Part shown: piece by piece, positions 44,214 through 52,617 of the stretch | Layout of the letters: each line of letters starts with the position of its first letter | How positions within the stretch are numbered: the first letter of the stretch is position 1 | From: Prosthecobacter sp. | GTDB taxonomy: Bacteria > Verrucomicrobiota > Verrucomicrobiia > Verrucomicrobiales > Verrucomicrobiaceae | Length of the DNA: 64,000 nt | Direction of reading: 5' to 3' | NCBI RefSeq assembly: GCF_044236155.1 | Contig: NZ_JBIIHA010000008.1 | Span: 65,353 to 129,352, forward strand | Program-made: the position numbers and the translations under genes | Notes under the pieces: generated by a model | What the model saw: the letters and a program-made list of their open reading frames with translations, nothing else | Database searches by the model: none | What the model was told of the DNA's origin: nothing

Positions 44214-45485
44214 TCATGAAAGCGGCTGTGTCAGCGTGCCCGCCTTCACCACGCCGCCTTGCATCACGGCGAGGAGGTTGTCGCGGTTTTCGAGGATGCG
44301 GATGTCCTTCATCACATCGCCATCGACGACGAGGACATCGGCGAGTTTGCCCTTTTCCAGCGTTCCGAGCTCGTGGGCGCGGCCCATCATCTTCGCGCCG
44401 CCTAGGGTGGCGCATTTGATCGTATCGAGCACGCTGAAGCCGACGTAGTTCACGAAGAAGGTCAGTTCCTGCGCGTAAGTGCCGTGCGGGGTCCAGCCAA
44501 AGCCGTAATCACCGCCGAGGCCGAGCGTGCCGCCGGCTTTGAGCACCATTCGGGCGCTTTCGGCTCCAGCTTCGAGCGTTTCTTGATGGCCGTCGAGCAC
44601 TCGCTGCGAGAGGCCGAAGTCTTTGCCGCGCTCCACGCTGAAAAGCTCAAAGCCGAGACCGGGGCACATCGGCACGTTGCGCTTGAGCAGGAGTTCGAGG
44701 CATTCGTCGTCCATGAAGGTGCCGTGCTCGATGGCATCGTAACCGGCCTTGAGAGCGTTGTAGATGCCATCGCGGGCACGGCAGTGGCCGGTGACTTTGA
44801 GGCCGTGATTGTGCGCGGTGGCGACCACGGCATGCATTTCATCAAAGGTCATGCACAGCGTGTGGTGATCATTGATGTCGGGAGAGGCCGCATCGCCTGT
44901 GGGATAGGTTTTAACCCACTCGATGCCGTCTTTGACCAGTTTGCGCACAGCCGTGCGGGCCTGCTCGGGGCCGTTCACGATGAAGACAATGCCTTCCATG
45001 CCGATTTTCCGATAGTCGGGGTTCCAATCCATCAAGCCGCCCGCACCGCAGATCTCGCGACCACTCGCGCTGAGTCGCGGACCGGGGATCATGTCCTCCT
45101 CGATGGCCTTTTTCATCCATACGTCGATGTTGTGAAGGCAACCGCCACTGCGGGCGCTGGTGTAGCCGCATTCGAGCGCCGTATTCGCATTCACCGCCGA
45201 TTGCAACGTGACGTATTCGACCGGGAACTTGATGTCGAGGTCCTGCAGCTCGGTGACATTGAAATAAGTCAGGTGAATGTGCGCCTCAATGAGCCCTGGC
45301 ATGATGGTGCCGCCCTTCGCGTCGATGACGCGGGCATCGGGTGCTGGCGGTGCCGCGGCGGCAGGACCCGCATAAGTAATGAGGCCATCCGTGACGATGA
45401 CGGCGGCATTCGGGACCGGCGCGGCGCCGGTCCCGTCGATGAGCTGGCCGTTGGTGATGAGAGTGGAGCCGGGTTGGAGCTTCAT
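44214..45485 (-). CDS. Amidohydrolase family metallo-hydrolase
   Basis: GGTIMPGLIEAHIHLTY is the HxH motif. GHCRA and IEHGTF provide downstream metal ligands. The protein is 423 aa. Confidence 0.9.
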   Translation of the reverse strand: MKLQPGSTLITNGQLIDGTGAAPVPNAAVIVTDGLITYAGPAAAAPPAPDARVIDAKGGTIMPGLIEAHIHLTYFNVTELQDLDIKFPVEYVTLQSAVNANTALECGYTSARSGGCLHNIDVWMKKAIEEDMIPGPRLSASGREICGAGGLMDWNPDYRKIGMEGIVFIVNGPEQARTAVRKLVKDGIEWVKTYPTGDAASPDINDHHTLCMTFDEMHAVVATAHNHGLKVTGHCRARDGIYNALKAGYDAIEHGTFMDDECLELLLKRNVPMCPGLGFELFSVERGKDFGLSQRVLDGHQETLEAGAESARMVLKAGGTLGLGGDYGFGWTPHGTYAQELTFFVNYVGFSVLDTIKCATLGGAKMMGRAHELGTLEKGKLADVLVVDGDVMKDIRILENRDNLLAVMQGGVVKAGTLTQPLS

Positions 45486-45497
45486 GGTGCTCCGAGG

Positions 45498-46319
45498 CTA
45501 TCTTTTGGGCCTGGCCTTGGATAGAACAGAAGCGGCAGCGCTTGGAACATTCGCGGCGGCGTATTCGGCGCGGTAAGCCGATGGCGTGGAGCCGGTAACG
45601 CGTCGAAATTCACGCGTGAGGTGGCTTTGATCCGCGAAACCGCAGCGCTGCGCGATGGCGGCAATCGATTCACGCGTGTCCACCAGCAGGCGACAAGCAG
45701 TCTGGATGCGCAGGCGTTTGAGGTATTGCTGCGGCGGCAGGCCGTATTCACGCACAAAGGCCCGCTCGAAGGCCCGCGATGACATGCCGGCGGCCTTCGC
45801 CATCTCCGCATTCGTCACCGCCCTGCCAAGCCGCTGCGTCATCATGGAAATGACCACGCCGAGGCGGATGTCCTCCCGTTGATCAATCTGCGCGGCATCC
45901 AGCACGCGCGTGATGCCCGCGGTGCCGACTGAGCGGCCTTTCGCGTCGCGCACCTGGCGCTTCGTGGTGAAGCTCCACGAGGCCGTGTGGTCGAAACGTC
46001 CGATCAACTCCAGGCGGCCCTGCACCGTCTGCCCGGCGAGCACCGCCTCGTCTCCGGCGAGGAATTGCGCCGCGAGATGCGGTGGCGAGAGATCGTGATC
46101 CGTCTTCCCCAACACCTCGTCGAGCTGATGCAGGCCGTAGTTGAGCAAAAAGGTGCGGTTGACCCACAAGTAGCGATGCCTGGCATCCTTGATCCAGGCC
46201 TGCACCTCCGGCAGCAGGTCAAAAAGCTCGCAAAGCGCGTCGTCAGGCGAGACGGAGATTCCGGATGTTCTGTGACGACGGCGTTTCATGCGGCAGCTAA
46301 CAACGTGCCGCGCGGACAT
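45498..46319 (-). CDS. AraC family transcriptional regulator with N-terminal PAS-like sensor
   Basis: AWIKDARHRYLWVNRTFLLNYG is PAS-like. The C-terminus AKAAGMSSRAFERAFVREYG...QRCGFADQSHLTREFRRVTG is the AraC HTH. An alternative start is ATG 46289. Confidence 0.85.
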   Translation of the reverse strand: MSARHVVSCRMKRRRHRTSGISVSPDDALCELFDLLPEVQAWIKDARHRYLWVNRTFLLNYGLHQLDEVLGKTDHDLSPPHLAAQFLAGDEAVLAGQTVQGRLELIGRFDHTASWSFTTKRQVRDAKGRSVGTAGITRVLDAAQIDQREDIRLGVVISMMTQRLGRAVTNAEMAKAAGMSSRAFERAFVREYGLPPQQYLKRLRIQTACRLLVDTRESIAAIAQRCGFADQSHLTREFRRVTGSTPSAYRAEYAAANVPSAAASVLSKARPKR

Positions 46320-46337
46320 GCTGCATCATGCGTGCAT

Positions 46338-46369
46338 AAAAAAGGCGGAGCCAAATGAGCGGCTCCGCC
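46338..46369 (-). terminator. Rho-independent terminator for the small Cys-rich gene
   Basis: On the minus strand the sequence reads GGCGGAGCC - GCTCATTT - GGCTCCGCC followed by TTTTTT. It lies 27 nt after the stop at 46396. Confidence 0.7.
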
Positions 46370-46395
46370 TGGCGCTTAATCCGGGGTTAGCAAGA

Positions 46396-46758
46396 TCACT
46401 GGCGCACTTCCTTGATGTGCTTGTCGGGAGCGGCATCGAAGGCGGCCTTGCTGGCGGCGTCGGCGAAGGCGACCTGGCGGCTGTAGCTGACGGTGATGGC
46501 GGGGTCGGACTTCTTCTTGCTGAGCGGGCACTGGCCGCTAACGGCGCCGAGGATGTTGTTGAGGTAGGCCTTCGGGGTGGCGGTGAACTGGGCTTTGCAC
46601 CTGTTGCAGCAGACGGCAACGGTCTTGGTGTAGGTGCTGATGATGGCCGGGTTGGCCGGCTTACCGGAGATGGGGCAGACGGTGTTCAGGGGCTCGGCGG
46701 CAGAGGAAAAACCTGCCGAGAGGCCGAGGGCAACAACGAGGGTGAGGATGTGTTTCAT
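46396..46758 (-). CDS. Small secreted protein with two YHS/TRASH-like half-domains
   Basis: ATG 46758 gives MKHILTLVVALGLSAGFSSA. CPISGKPANPAIISTYTKTVAVCCNRCKAQFTATPKAYL is followed by a Cys-poor repeat, CPLSKKKSDPAITVSYSRQVAFADAASKAAFDAAPDKHI. Confidence 0.6.
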   Translation of the reverse strand: MKHILTLVVALGLSAGFSSAAEPLNTVCPISGKPANPAIISTYTKTVAVCCNRCKAQFTATPKAYLNNILGAVSGQCPLSKKKSDPAITVSYSRQVAFADAASKAAFDAAPDKHIKEVRQ

Positions 46759-46898
46759 GGGGTGAAATGGAAGCGGCCTTGGGATACGAATTCGCGCCCT
46801 TTTTCGCAACTGAAACTTTGACTGCGCCGGACTCGGCAGGGGTGGCGGCCTGCCAAGCGTTGATTGACACCTCCGGGCACGGACCTGGGCTCACGGGC

Positions 46899-47091
46899 AT
46901 CAACCTCTACGTCAGCAATCTGCCTTACACCCTGACGGACGAGGAGTTCCAAGGTGTCTTTTGCCGCCCATGGCCAGGTGGCCTCCGCACGCGTCGTCAA
47001 AGACCCCGAATCCGGCCGCTCGCGTGTGGTCGAGGCGCGTCCGAAGGAAGACCACCCGCCGCGTGACTCTCGTGGCAGTCGGCATCCGTGA
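46899..47091 (+). pseudogene. Degraded RRM-type RNA-binding protein gene
   Basis: INLYVSNLPYTLTDEEFQGVF is the RNP2 region, with ATC where ATG is expected. A T4 run at 46959-46962 breaks the frame. Removing one T gives AAHGQVASARVVKDPESGRSR-VVEARPKEDHPPR, in which the RNP1 block (GFGFVEM...) is missing. Confidence 0.6.
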
Positions 47092-49569
47092 TCAGTTTTT
47101 CGGCTGATACTTCGGATAACGTTGCTGAAGCTGCTGGAGCATCTGCTTCGACTGCGCTGCATCTCCTGCTTTTTCCAGGGCCTTGGCGGCTTTGTAGAGC
47201 GCGTCGGGCGTGACATCGGGATCCTCGTAAAACTGGCTGGGCACGGCGTATTTCGCGGCGCCGGCCTTCCATTTCTCGATAGCGGCGGCCTGCTGGCCAT
47301 CGGCGGCCAGCTTGTCGCCCTGGGCGGAGAAGATGTCTCCCTCAAGGATGAGCAGCTCGGCCTGAAGCTTGCCGTCCTTGACGACCTGCAGCGCCTGCTG
47401 GGCGACTTGATCGGCCTGGGTGAAATCGCCTTTGCCGAGCAGGGCCTTGCCCTTGGTGAGCTGGGCACGGGCGGTGGCTGCGGCGTCAGGGCTGGATTTG
47501 AGGAAGTTTTCAGTGGCCTGGATGCTGGCGTCGAATTTTCCGTTCTGGAGCTGCGCCATGCCAAGGACATTCCATACGACGGACTCGGTGTTTTCCGGGA
47601 TCTGTGGCGTGACGGCGAGTTCGAGGAAGCGTGCGGCACGTTTGAAGTCGTCGCTGCTGTAAAGTTTGAGGCCGAGCCATTTCAGGATGTTCGGGGGCAC
47701 CACGCCGTCGGATTTGGCCTGCAAATAACTGTCGATGGCCTTGGCGAGGTCGTCGGCATTTTGGCGTGCGTAGTGGCAGAGGATGATGAGCTGGCTGGAT
47801 TTTTCGAGGTAAGTCTTGCTATCGATCTCGATGGAGCGTTGGAGGGCGGGGACGGCCTTGTCGTAGATTTTCTGGTCGAGGTTGCCACGCCCGATGCCGT
47901 AGTAGGCTTGCGCAGCGGCGGCGGTGGTGGGGAATTTTTTCAGCAGCGTCTCGAACGCGGTGACGGTGGCCTTCGGATCCTTCTGCTCCATGGCGATGAA
48001 GCCGAGTTGCAGCCAGGACAACTCACAGGCGTCAGATTTCGGAAATTCCTTGGCGACATGCTCGAAGTCCGCCTTCGCCTTCGGCAGGTCGCGTGCGTCG
48101 CGGTTGGCGAGGCCGCGGCGGGCGTAGGCCTTCGGGATAAACTCGTGCTGGGGGAACTCGTTGATGAAGCGGGTGAAGGTGCCGACGGCCTCCTGGTGGC
48201 GTCCGGCCTCGCCTTGGGCCCAGCCGGTGTTGAAGAGCGTGCCGGGTCGCAGCTTCTCGGGAAGTTTTTCGAGGTTGACCTCATTGTAGCTCAACGCCGC
48301 CTGCTGGAAGTCGCCCTTGTTGAAGTAAAAGTCCGCGCGGATGAGGCGTGCGAGCGAGAGATACTCGTGATCCGCGTGTTTTTGCGCGTGACGGGTGATG
48401 AAGGCGGTGGCGAACTCGCCGAGGTCCTTGTCACTGAGAAGATAGAAGCAGTAAAGCTTCCAATAGCCCGCCTCGAAGGCCTCGTCGGAGTCGGCGTGGT
48501 ACTGCTCGATGAGTAGATAAACCTCCACGGCGCGGGCATAGCTTTTGCGCATGCGGTGCGAGTGACCGACGAGCAGGAGCATCTTCGCGCGCGAAGGGCC
48601 GGGCGGCAGCACTTCGGAGTTCTTGTTGTAGTAGTCGATGACACCGTCGTAGTCTCCCTTCGTGAAGAGAGCCTGAATGACGCCGACAAGGGCGATGCCG
48701 CGGTTCGCCTCGCTGGTCTCGGCCATTTGCAGCGCCTTCTGGAACATGGCGATGGACTCGTCCGGCTTTTTCAGCTCGGCGTAGAGAACGGCGGCGCGGA
48801 TGACCGCCTCGGCCACGATGGCGCGGTCGGCGCTGGTTTTGACGAGCTCGTCAAAGATCGGCAGCGCCTCGGCCTTCTTGTCCTGGCCGAGGTAGATGCT
48901 GCCGAGCGTGAGGAGCGCGGTTTCGCGGTAAGGGTTGTCCGTTTTGACCGCGATCACGCTGCTCAGAGCGGCGGTTTGCTTCTCCTTGTCGCCCGCCATT
49001 TCGAAGGCGCGGCTTTTGTTGTAGGCGGAGGCCAGCCTGACCTGCGGGTTCTTGTGCTTGGTCTCGCTGAAGGCGAAATGTTTGGCCGCGTCGGCGAATT
49101 TGGAGTCGTTGAAGCGCATCGCGCCGAGTCGGTAGGCGGCGGAGGGCGCGCCATCGCTGGCAGGATAGCGGTTCACAACCTCCTCGTAATAGCCGGCGGC
49201 CTGCTTGAGCTGGTTCTGCTTCATGTAGCACTCGCCTATGCGGAAGAGCGCGTCCGACACCTGCCTGCCGCTCGGATATTGCTGGAGATACTTGGCGTAG
49301 CTCTGCGCGGCCATGCCCCACTCCTGGCGATCATAGGCCAGCGTGGCGAAGTCGAACATGTCATCATCCGGCCCTTTCGTTTTCGGCGGGGCGGGGCGGT
49401 CCTTCGGATCATCGAGCACGGGCTGCGCCTTTGGCGGCTGCGGCGGACGCACGGGGATTGCTTTCGGGATGGGCGCGTCATCCTCCACGGGCAGGGCGCG
49501 TTTCGGGGCCTCCTGCGCCGCGACGGAAAGCGTGGCGGAAATACAAAGCGTTGAAACGAGGCGGCGCAT
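47092..49569 (-). CDS. Large TPR-repeat protein with N-terminal signal/anchor and Pro-rich spacer
   Basis: ATG 49569 gives MRRLVSTLCISATLSVAAQ. A GTG at 49614 overlapping the exbD stop is an alternative start. The Pro-rich stretch is PIPKAIPVRPPQPPKAQPVLDDPKDRPAPPKTKG. More than 15 TPR-like units follow (AxxYxxG patterns throughout). Confidence 0.85.
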   Translation of the reverse strand: MRRLVSTLCISATLSVAAQEAPKRALPVEDDAPIPKAIPVRPPQPPKAQPVLDDPKDRPAPPKTKGPDDDMFDFATLAYDRQEWGMAAQSYAKYLQQYPSGRQVSDALFRIGECYMKQNQLKQAAGYYEEVVNRYPASDGAPSAAYRLGAMRFNDSKFADAAKHFAFSETKHKNPQVRLASAYNKSRAFEMAGDKEKQTAALSSVIAVKTDNPYRETALLTLGSIYLGQDKKAEALPIFDELVKTSADRAIVAEAVIRAAVLYAELKKPDESIAMFQKALQMAETSEANRGIALVGVIQALFTKGDYDGVIDYYNKNSEVLPPGPSRAKMLLLVGHSHRMRKSYARAVEVYLLIEQYHADSDEAFEAGYWKLYCFYLLSDKDLGEFATAFITRHAQKHADHEYLSLARLIRADFYFNKGDFQQAALSYNEVNLEKLPEKLRPGTLFNTGWAQGEAGRHQEAVGTFTRFINEFPQHEFIPKAYARRGLANRDARDLPKAKADFEHVAKEFPKSDACELSWLQLGFIAMEQKDPKATVTAFETLLKKFPTTAAAAQAYYGIGRGNLDQKIYDKAVPALQRSIEIDSKTYLEKSSQLIILCHYARQNADDLAKAIDSYLQAKSDGVVPPNILKWLGLKLYSSDDFKRAARFLELAVTPQIPENTESVVWNVLGMAQLQNGKFDASIQATENFLKSSPDAAATARAQLTKGKALLGKGDFTQADQVAQQALQVVKDGKLQAELLILEGDIFSAQGDKLAADGQQAAAIEKWKAGAAKYAVPSQFYEDPDVTPDALYKAAKALEKAGDAAQSKQMLQQLQQRYPKYQPKN

Positions 49570-49610
49570 GCGGAGGCGTGAGACGGTTGGAGGCTGGGGG
49601 AAAGTCAATC

Positions 49611-50054
49611 TCACTTCGGCGTGGCGGCGGGTTGGTCGGCCTCCGGCTTGCGTGTGGCGAAGGCGATGTTCCAGATGCCGGCCTTCTGGCAGGTGTCCAG
49701 CACCTTGATGACGTGGGCGTAGTCTGTCACTTCGTCACCGCGCAGGATCACGGCCTGGTCCTTGTAGAGGGCGACGATGTTCTTCAACTTCACCAGGAGC
49801 TCATCAGTGGTGAATTTCTGGCCGTTCACGATGACCTCGCCGTCTTTTTTGATGTTGATGATGATCTCGCCGACGTTGCGTGACTCTTTTTCCTTCCCTT
49901 CGTCCGCGGCAGGCACGCTCACGTCCATCACCTGCTCCTCCTTCGCGTATTGGAAGGTCACGGCGAAGAAAATGACCAGCAGAAACAGCACGTCCACCAG
50001 CGGGGCGAGTTGCATCGGCGTCGGCTCGATGGAGTGTTGCTTTCTGAAATTCAT
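49611..50054 (-). CDS. exbD: Biopolymer transport protein ExbD/TolR
   Basis: 147 aa. QLAPLVDVLFLLVIFFAVTF is the signature TM helix, followed by a periplasmic domain. Confidence 0.9.
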   Translation of the reverse strand: MNFRKQHSIEPTPMQLAPLVDVLFLLVIFFAVTFQYAKEEQVMDVSVPAADEGKEKESRNVGEIIINIKKDGEVIVNGQKFTTDELLVKLKNIVALYKDQAVILRGDEVTDYAHVIKVLDTCQKAGIWNIAFATRKPEADQPAATPK

Positions 50055-50084
50055 GATTGGGAACGTTGCGAAGCGGGCAAATGA

Positions 50085-50188
50085 TGAAATCAGAATGACG
50101 ACTGACGAGCCTCACGGTGGAAGACAGCGGTATTGATCAATCGGGCTTGGTCATTCATTCGTCATTCCTCATTCAGGTTTCGACATTT
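50085..50188. repeat. Second inverted pair of TTCGTCATTC-type units (exbB-exbD intercistronic gap)
   Basis: The reverse complement of 50085-50108 reads CTCGTCAGTCGTCATTCTGATTTC. Positions 50157-50188 read TTCGTCATTCCTCATTCAGGTTTCGACATTTC. The arms face each other across ~48 nt. Confidence 0.65.
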
Positions 50189-50193
50189 CAAGC

Positions 50194-51003
50194 TCATTGT
50201 CCTGCCACGGCTCTCGCAGCCCGTTTATACTGCACCGCGAGGAGCGCCATCAGATGCGTCGTCGCAGCCTCCATTTCCGAGATCAGACGGTTCACCTTCC
50301 CGCGGAAGATGGCGTAGAAAATCAGCGCCGGAATGCCGATCACGAGACCGGAGGCAGTGCAGAGCAGGGCCTCGGACACGCCTTGCGCGAGACCGAGCTG
50401 GTTCGAGCCGCCGACGCCCTTGCCGGAGATTTCGTGGAAGGTCGTGATCATGCCCAGCGTCGTGCCGAGCAGACCGAGCATCGGTGCGACAGCACCCACG
50501 TCGCCGAGATAGGCAATGCGTGCCAGCAGCAGACTGGACTGTCGGTTGCCCTCGGCCTCAGTAACTTCCTTCACCTCTTCGAAACTCGCGGTCGGGTTGC
50601 GTGTGGCGAAGTCGAGCGTCTTTGCCGTGATGCGGGCGATGCACTCGTTGCGGCGGTTGCACACCGCGAGCAAACCCAGGTAATCCTGCTTGCGGATGAG
50701 CGCGTCGGCGGAGTTCATGAACGCATCGCTCACCACGGTGCCCTGGCGCACCGTGAAGGCAAATAGCACGATCATGAAAAACGCCACCATCGACAGGCCG
50801 ATGAGCGGGTAGGCCATGACGCCCGTGCGGCGGACGAAACCGTCAAATGTCAGCGCGTCCGCATACGGGTTCTCCTCCAGGGCGGCGGCTTGTGCGGCAG
50901 CAGCGGACGGTGCGGGCGCGGGCTGCTGGGCCTGGGCGGGGACATTCATCGTGACGATGAGAGCCGCCAGCACGGCCAGGGCGAGGAGGATTTTTCGATG
51001 CAT
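50194..51003 (-). CDS. exbB: MotA/TolQ/ExbB proton-channel family protein
   Basis: 269 aa with a signal/anchor and three TM helices. GLLGTTLGMITTFHEI...GVSEALLCTASGLVIGIPALIFY is the family signature. Confidence 0.9.
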   Translation of the reverse strand: MHRKILLALAVLAALIVTMNVPAQAQQPAPAPSAAAAQAAALEENPYADALTFDGFVRRTGVMAYPLIGLSMVAFFMIVLFAFTVRQGTVVSDAFMNSADALIRKQDYLGLLAVCNRRNECIARITAKTLDFATRNPTASFEEVKEVTEAEGNRQSSLLLARIAYLGDVGAVAPMLGLLGTTLGMITTFHEISGKGVGGSNQLGLAQGVSEALLCTASGLVIGIPALIFYAIFRGKVNRLISEMEAATTHLMALLAVQYKRAARAVAGQ

Positions 51004-51067
51004 GAGGGGGCGATTGTAAACGTGAGCGACAGCCTTGCAAGCGGGCGGGTGGCTGGCTTTCGTTCAC

Positions 51068-52510
51068 TTATGCCAGCAATTCCTGCACCACCTTGCACTC
51101 GTTCACGCCAGTCAGACGGAAATCGAGGCCCGCGTAGCGGTAGGTGAACTTTTCGTGGTCGAAGCCGAGGATTTTCAAGATCGTGGCGTGCAGGTCATGC
51201 ACATGCACGGGCTTTTCCACGGCCTGGAAGCCGAATTCGTCCGTCGCACCATGCGTGTAGCCACCGCGCACTCCGCCGCCGGCCAGCCACATCGTGAAAC
51301 CGTAGTGATTGTGGTCGCGGCCATGCTGCTTGCCCGCGTTTGCGCCGGGCGTCGGCAGTTCCACCGCAGGCGTCCGGCCGAATTCACCGCCCCACATCAT
51401 CAGCGTCTCGTCCCACAAGCCGCGTTGCTTCAAATCGCTCATGAACGCTGCGATCGCGCCATCGGTCTGCTGGCCGAGCTTCCGGTGCTCGAGGATTTCG
51501 TCGTGATTGTCCCACGGCTGGCCCGCGCCGGTCCACAGCTGGATGAAACGCACGCCGCGCTCCAGCAAACGACGGGCGATGAGGCACTGGCGGCCGAAGG
51601 CGTGGTCGCCATACATCTTCCGCACCCACTCCGGCTCCTTCATTATGTCGAAGGCATCCGTGGCCTCCATCTGCATGCGGTAGGCCAGTTCGTAGCTCTG
51701 GACGCGTGCCTCGAGCTGCTGGTCGCGCTCACGTTCGACGAGATGCTTCTGGTTCAAAGCCTGAAGCAGGTCGAGCTGCCGGCGCTGCTGCTTCAAGTCG
51801 AGCGAGCCGTTCTTGATGAACTCCACGAGTTTTTCGACCCGCGTGTCCTCCGTGTTGATGTAGGCGCCTTGATATGCGCTCGGCAGGAAGGCTGACTGCC
51901 AGTTTTTCGTGCGCCGCGTCGGCATGCCGCCGGGGCACATCGAAATGTAGCCCGGCAGATTGTGATTCTCGCTGCCGAGCCCGTAGGTGATCCACGATCC
52001 CATCGTCGGGCGATTCAGACGGCTCTCACCGCTGTTCATCAGGCCGAGCGACGGCTCGTGGTTCGGCACGTCCGCATACATCGAGCGGATCACGCACAGG
52101 TCGTCGGCGAACTCGCCGGTCTTCTCGAAGATCTCGCTCACCTCCAGGCCGCACTGGCCGCGCTTGCGGAACTGGAAGGGCGATTTGAAGCCCGCTCCTG
52201 TCGGACGCTCGGTTTTGAGCACGTTCGGCAGTGGTTTGCCGTCGTATTTGTCCAGCATCGGCTTCGGGTCGAACGTATCCACATGCGACGGGCCGCCATT
52301 CATGAAGAAATGCACCACCCGCTTCGCCTTCGGCTCAAAATGCGGCTTTTTCAGCGCCATCGGGTCCAGCGTTGCCGCCCGGGCGGGCGCCTGGAACAAC
52401 GAGCCGAGCGCCATCGAGCCAAAGCCCATGCCTGCGCGGCTGAGCAACTGACGACGGGTCAGGAACGCATGCTCCAGGTTTGGAGCATGATGTGAGATGA
52501 GGGAGTTCAT
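51068..52510 (-). CDS. DUF1501 domain protein (Tat signal), no adjacent PSD partner
   Basis: The track start at 52528 is TTG. ATG 52510 gives MNSLISHHAPNLEHAFLTRRQLLSRAGMGFGSMALG. VVHFFMNGGPSHVDTFDPKP and DHNHYGFTMWLAGGGVRGG are the conserved blocks. Confidence 0.9.
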   Translation of the reverse strand: MNSLISHHAPNLEHAFLTRRQLLSRAGMGFGSMALGSLFQAPARAATLDPMALKKPHFEPKAKRVVHFFMNGGPSHVDTFDPKPMLDKYDGKPLPNVLKTERPTGAGFKSPFQFRKRGQCGLEVSEIFEKTGEFADDLCVIRSMYADVPNHEPSLGLMNSGESRLNRPTMGSWITYGLGSENHNLPGYISMCPGGMPTRRTKNWQSAFLPSAYQGAYINTEDTRVEKLVEFIKNGSLDLKQQRRQLDLLQALNQKHLVERERDQQLEARVQSYELAYRMQMEATDAFDIMKEPEWVRKMYGDHAFGRQCLIARRLLERGVRFIQLWTGAGQPWDNHDEILEHRKLGQQTDGAIAAFMSDLKQRGLWDETLMMWGGEFGRTPAVELPTPGANAGKQHGRDHNHYGFTMWLAGGGVRGGYTHGATDEFGFQAVEKPVHVHDLHATILKILGFDHEKFTYRYAGLDFRLTGVNECKVVQELLA

Positions 52511-52617
52511 TGGGGGGTGATGAAACAACGCGGACAGGTCGCGGCTGCTTTCGCACGGAAATTCGCCGGCCGACAGTCCGAGGTTGCCATTTCACGCCCC
52601 TCCTTTTCTATCCAGCC

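Noticed and set aside
46767-47066. A 99-aa plus-strand ORF taken at face value as a gene.
   Set aside because: Its N-terminal third is unrelated read-through and its C-terminal half is the out-of-frame translation of an RRM gene remnant. I called it a pseudogene instead.
49611-51003. ExbB/ExbD considered as a possible Zorya (ZorA/ZorB) anti-phage motor.
   Set aside because: ExbB is only 269 aa and has no long ZorA-type tail. ExbD has no peptidoglycan-binding OmpA-like domain. No ZorC/D-like helicase or nuclease genes follow, and the downstream gene is a TPR protein. It is better explained as a Tol/Ton-type motor.
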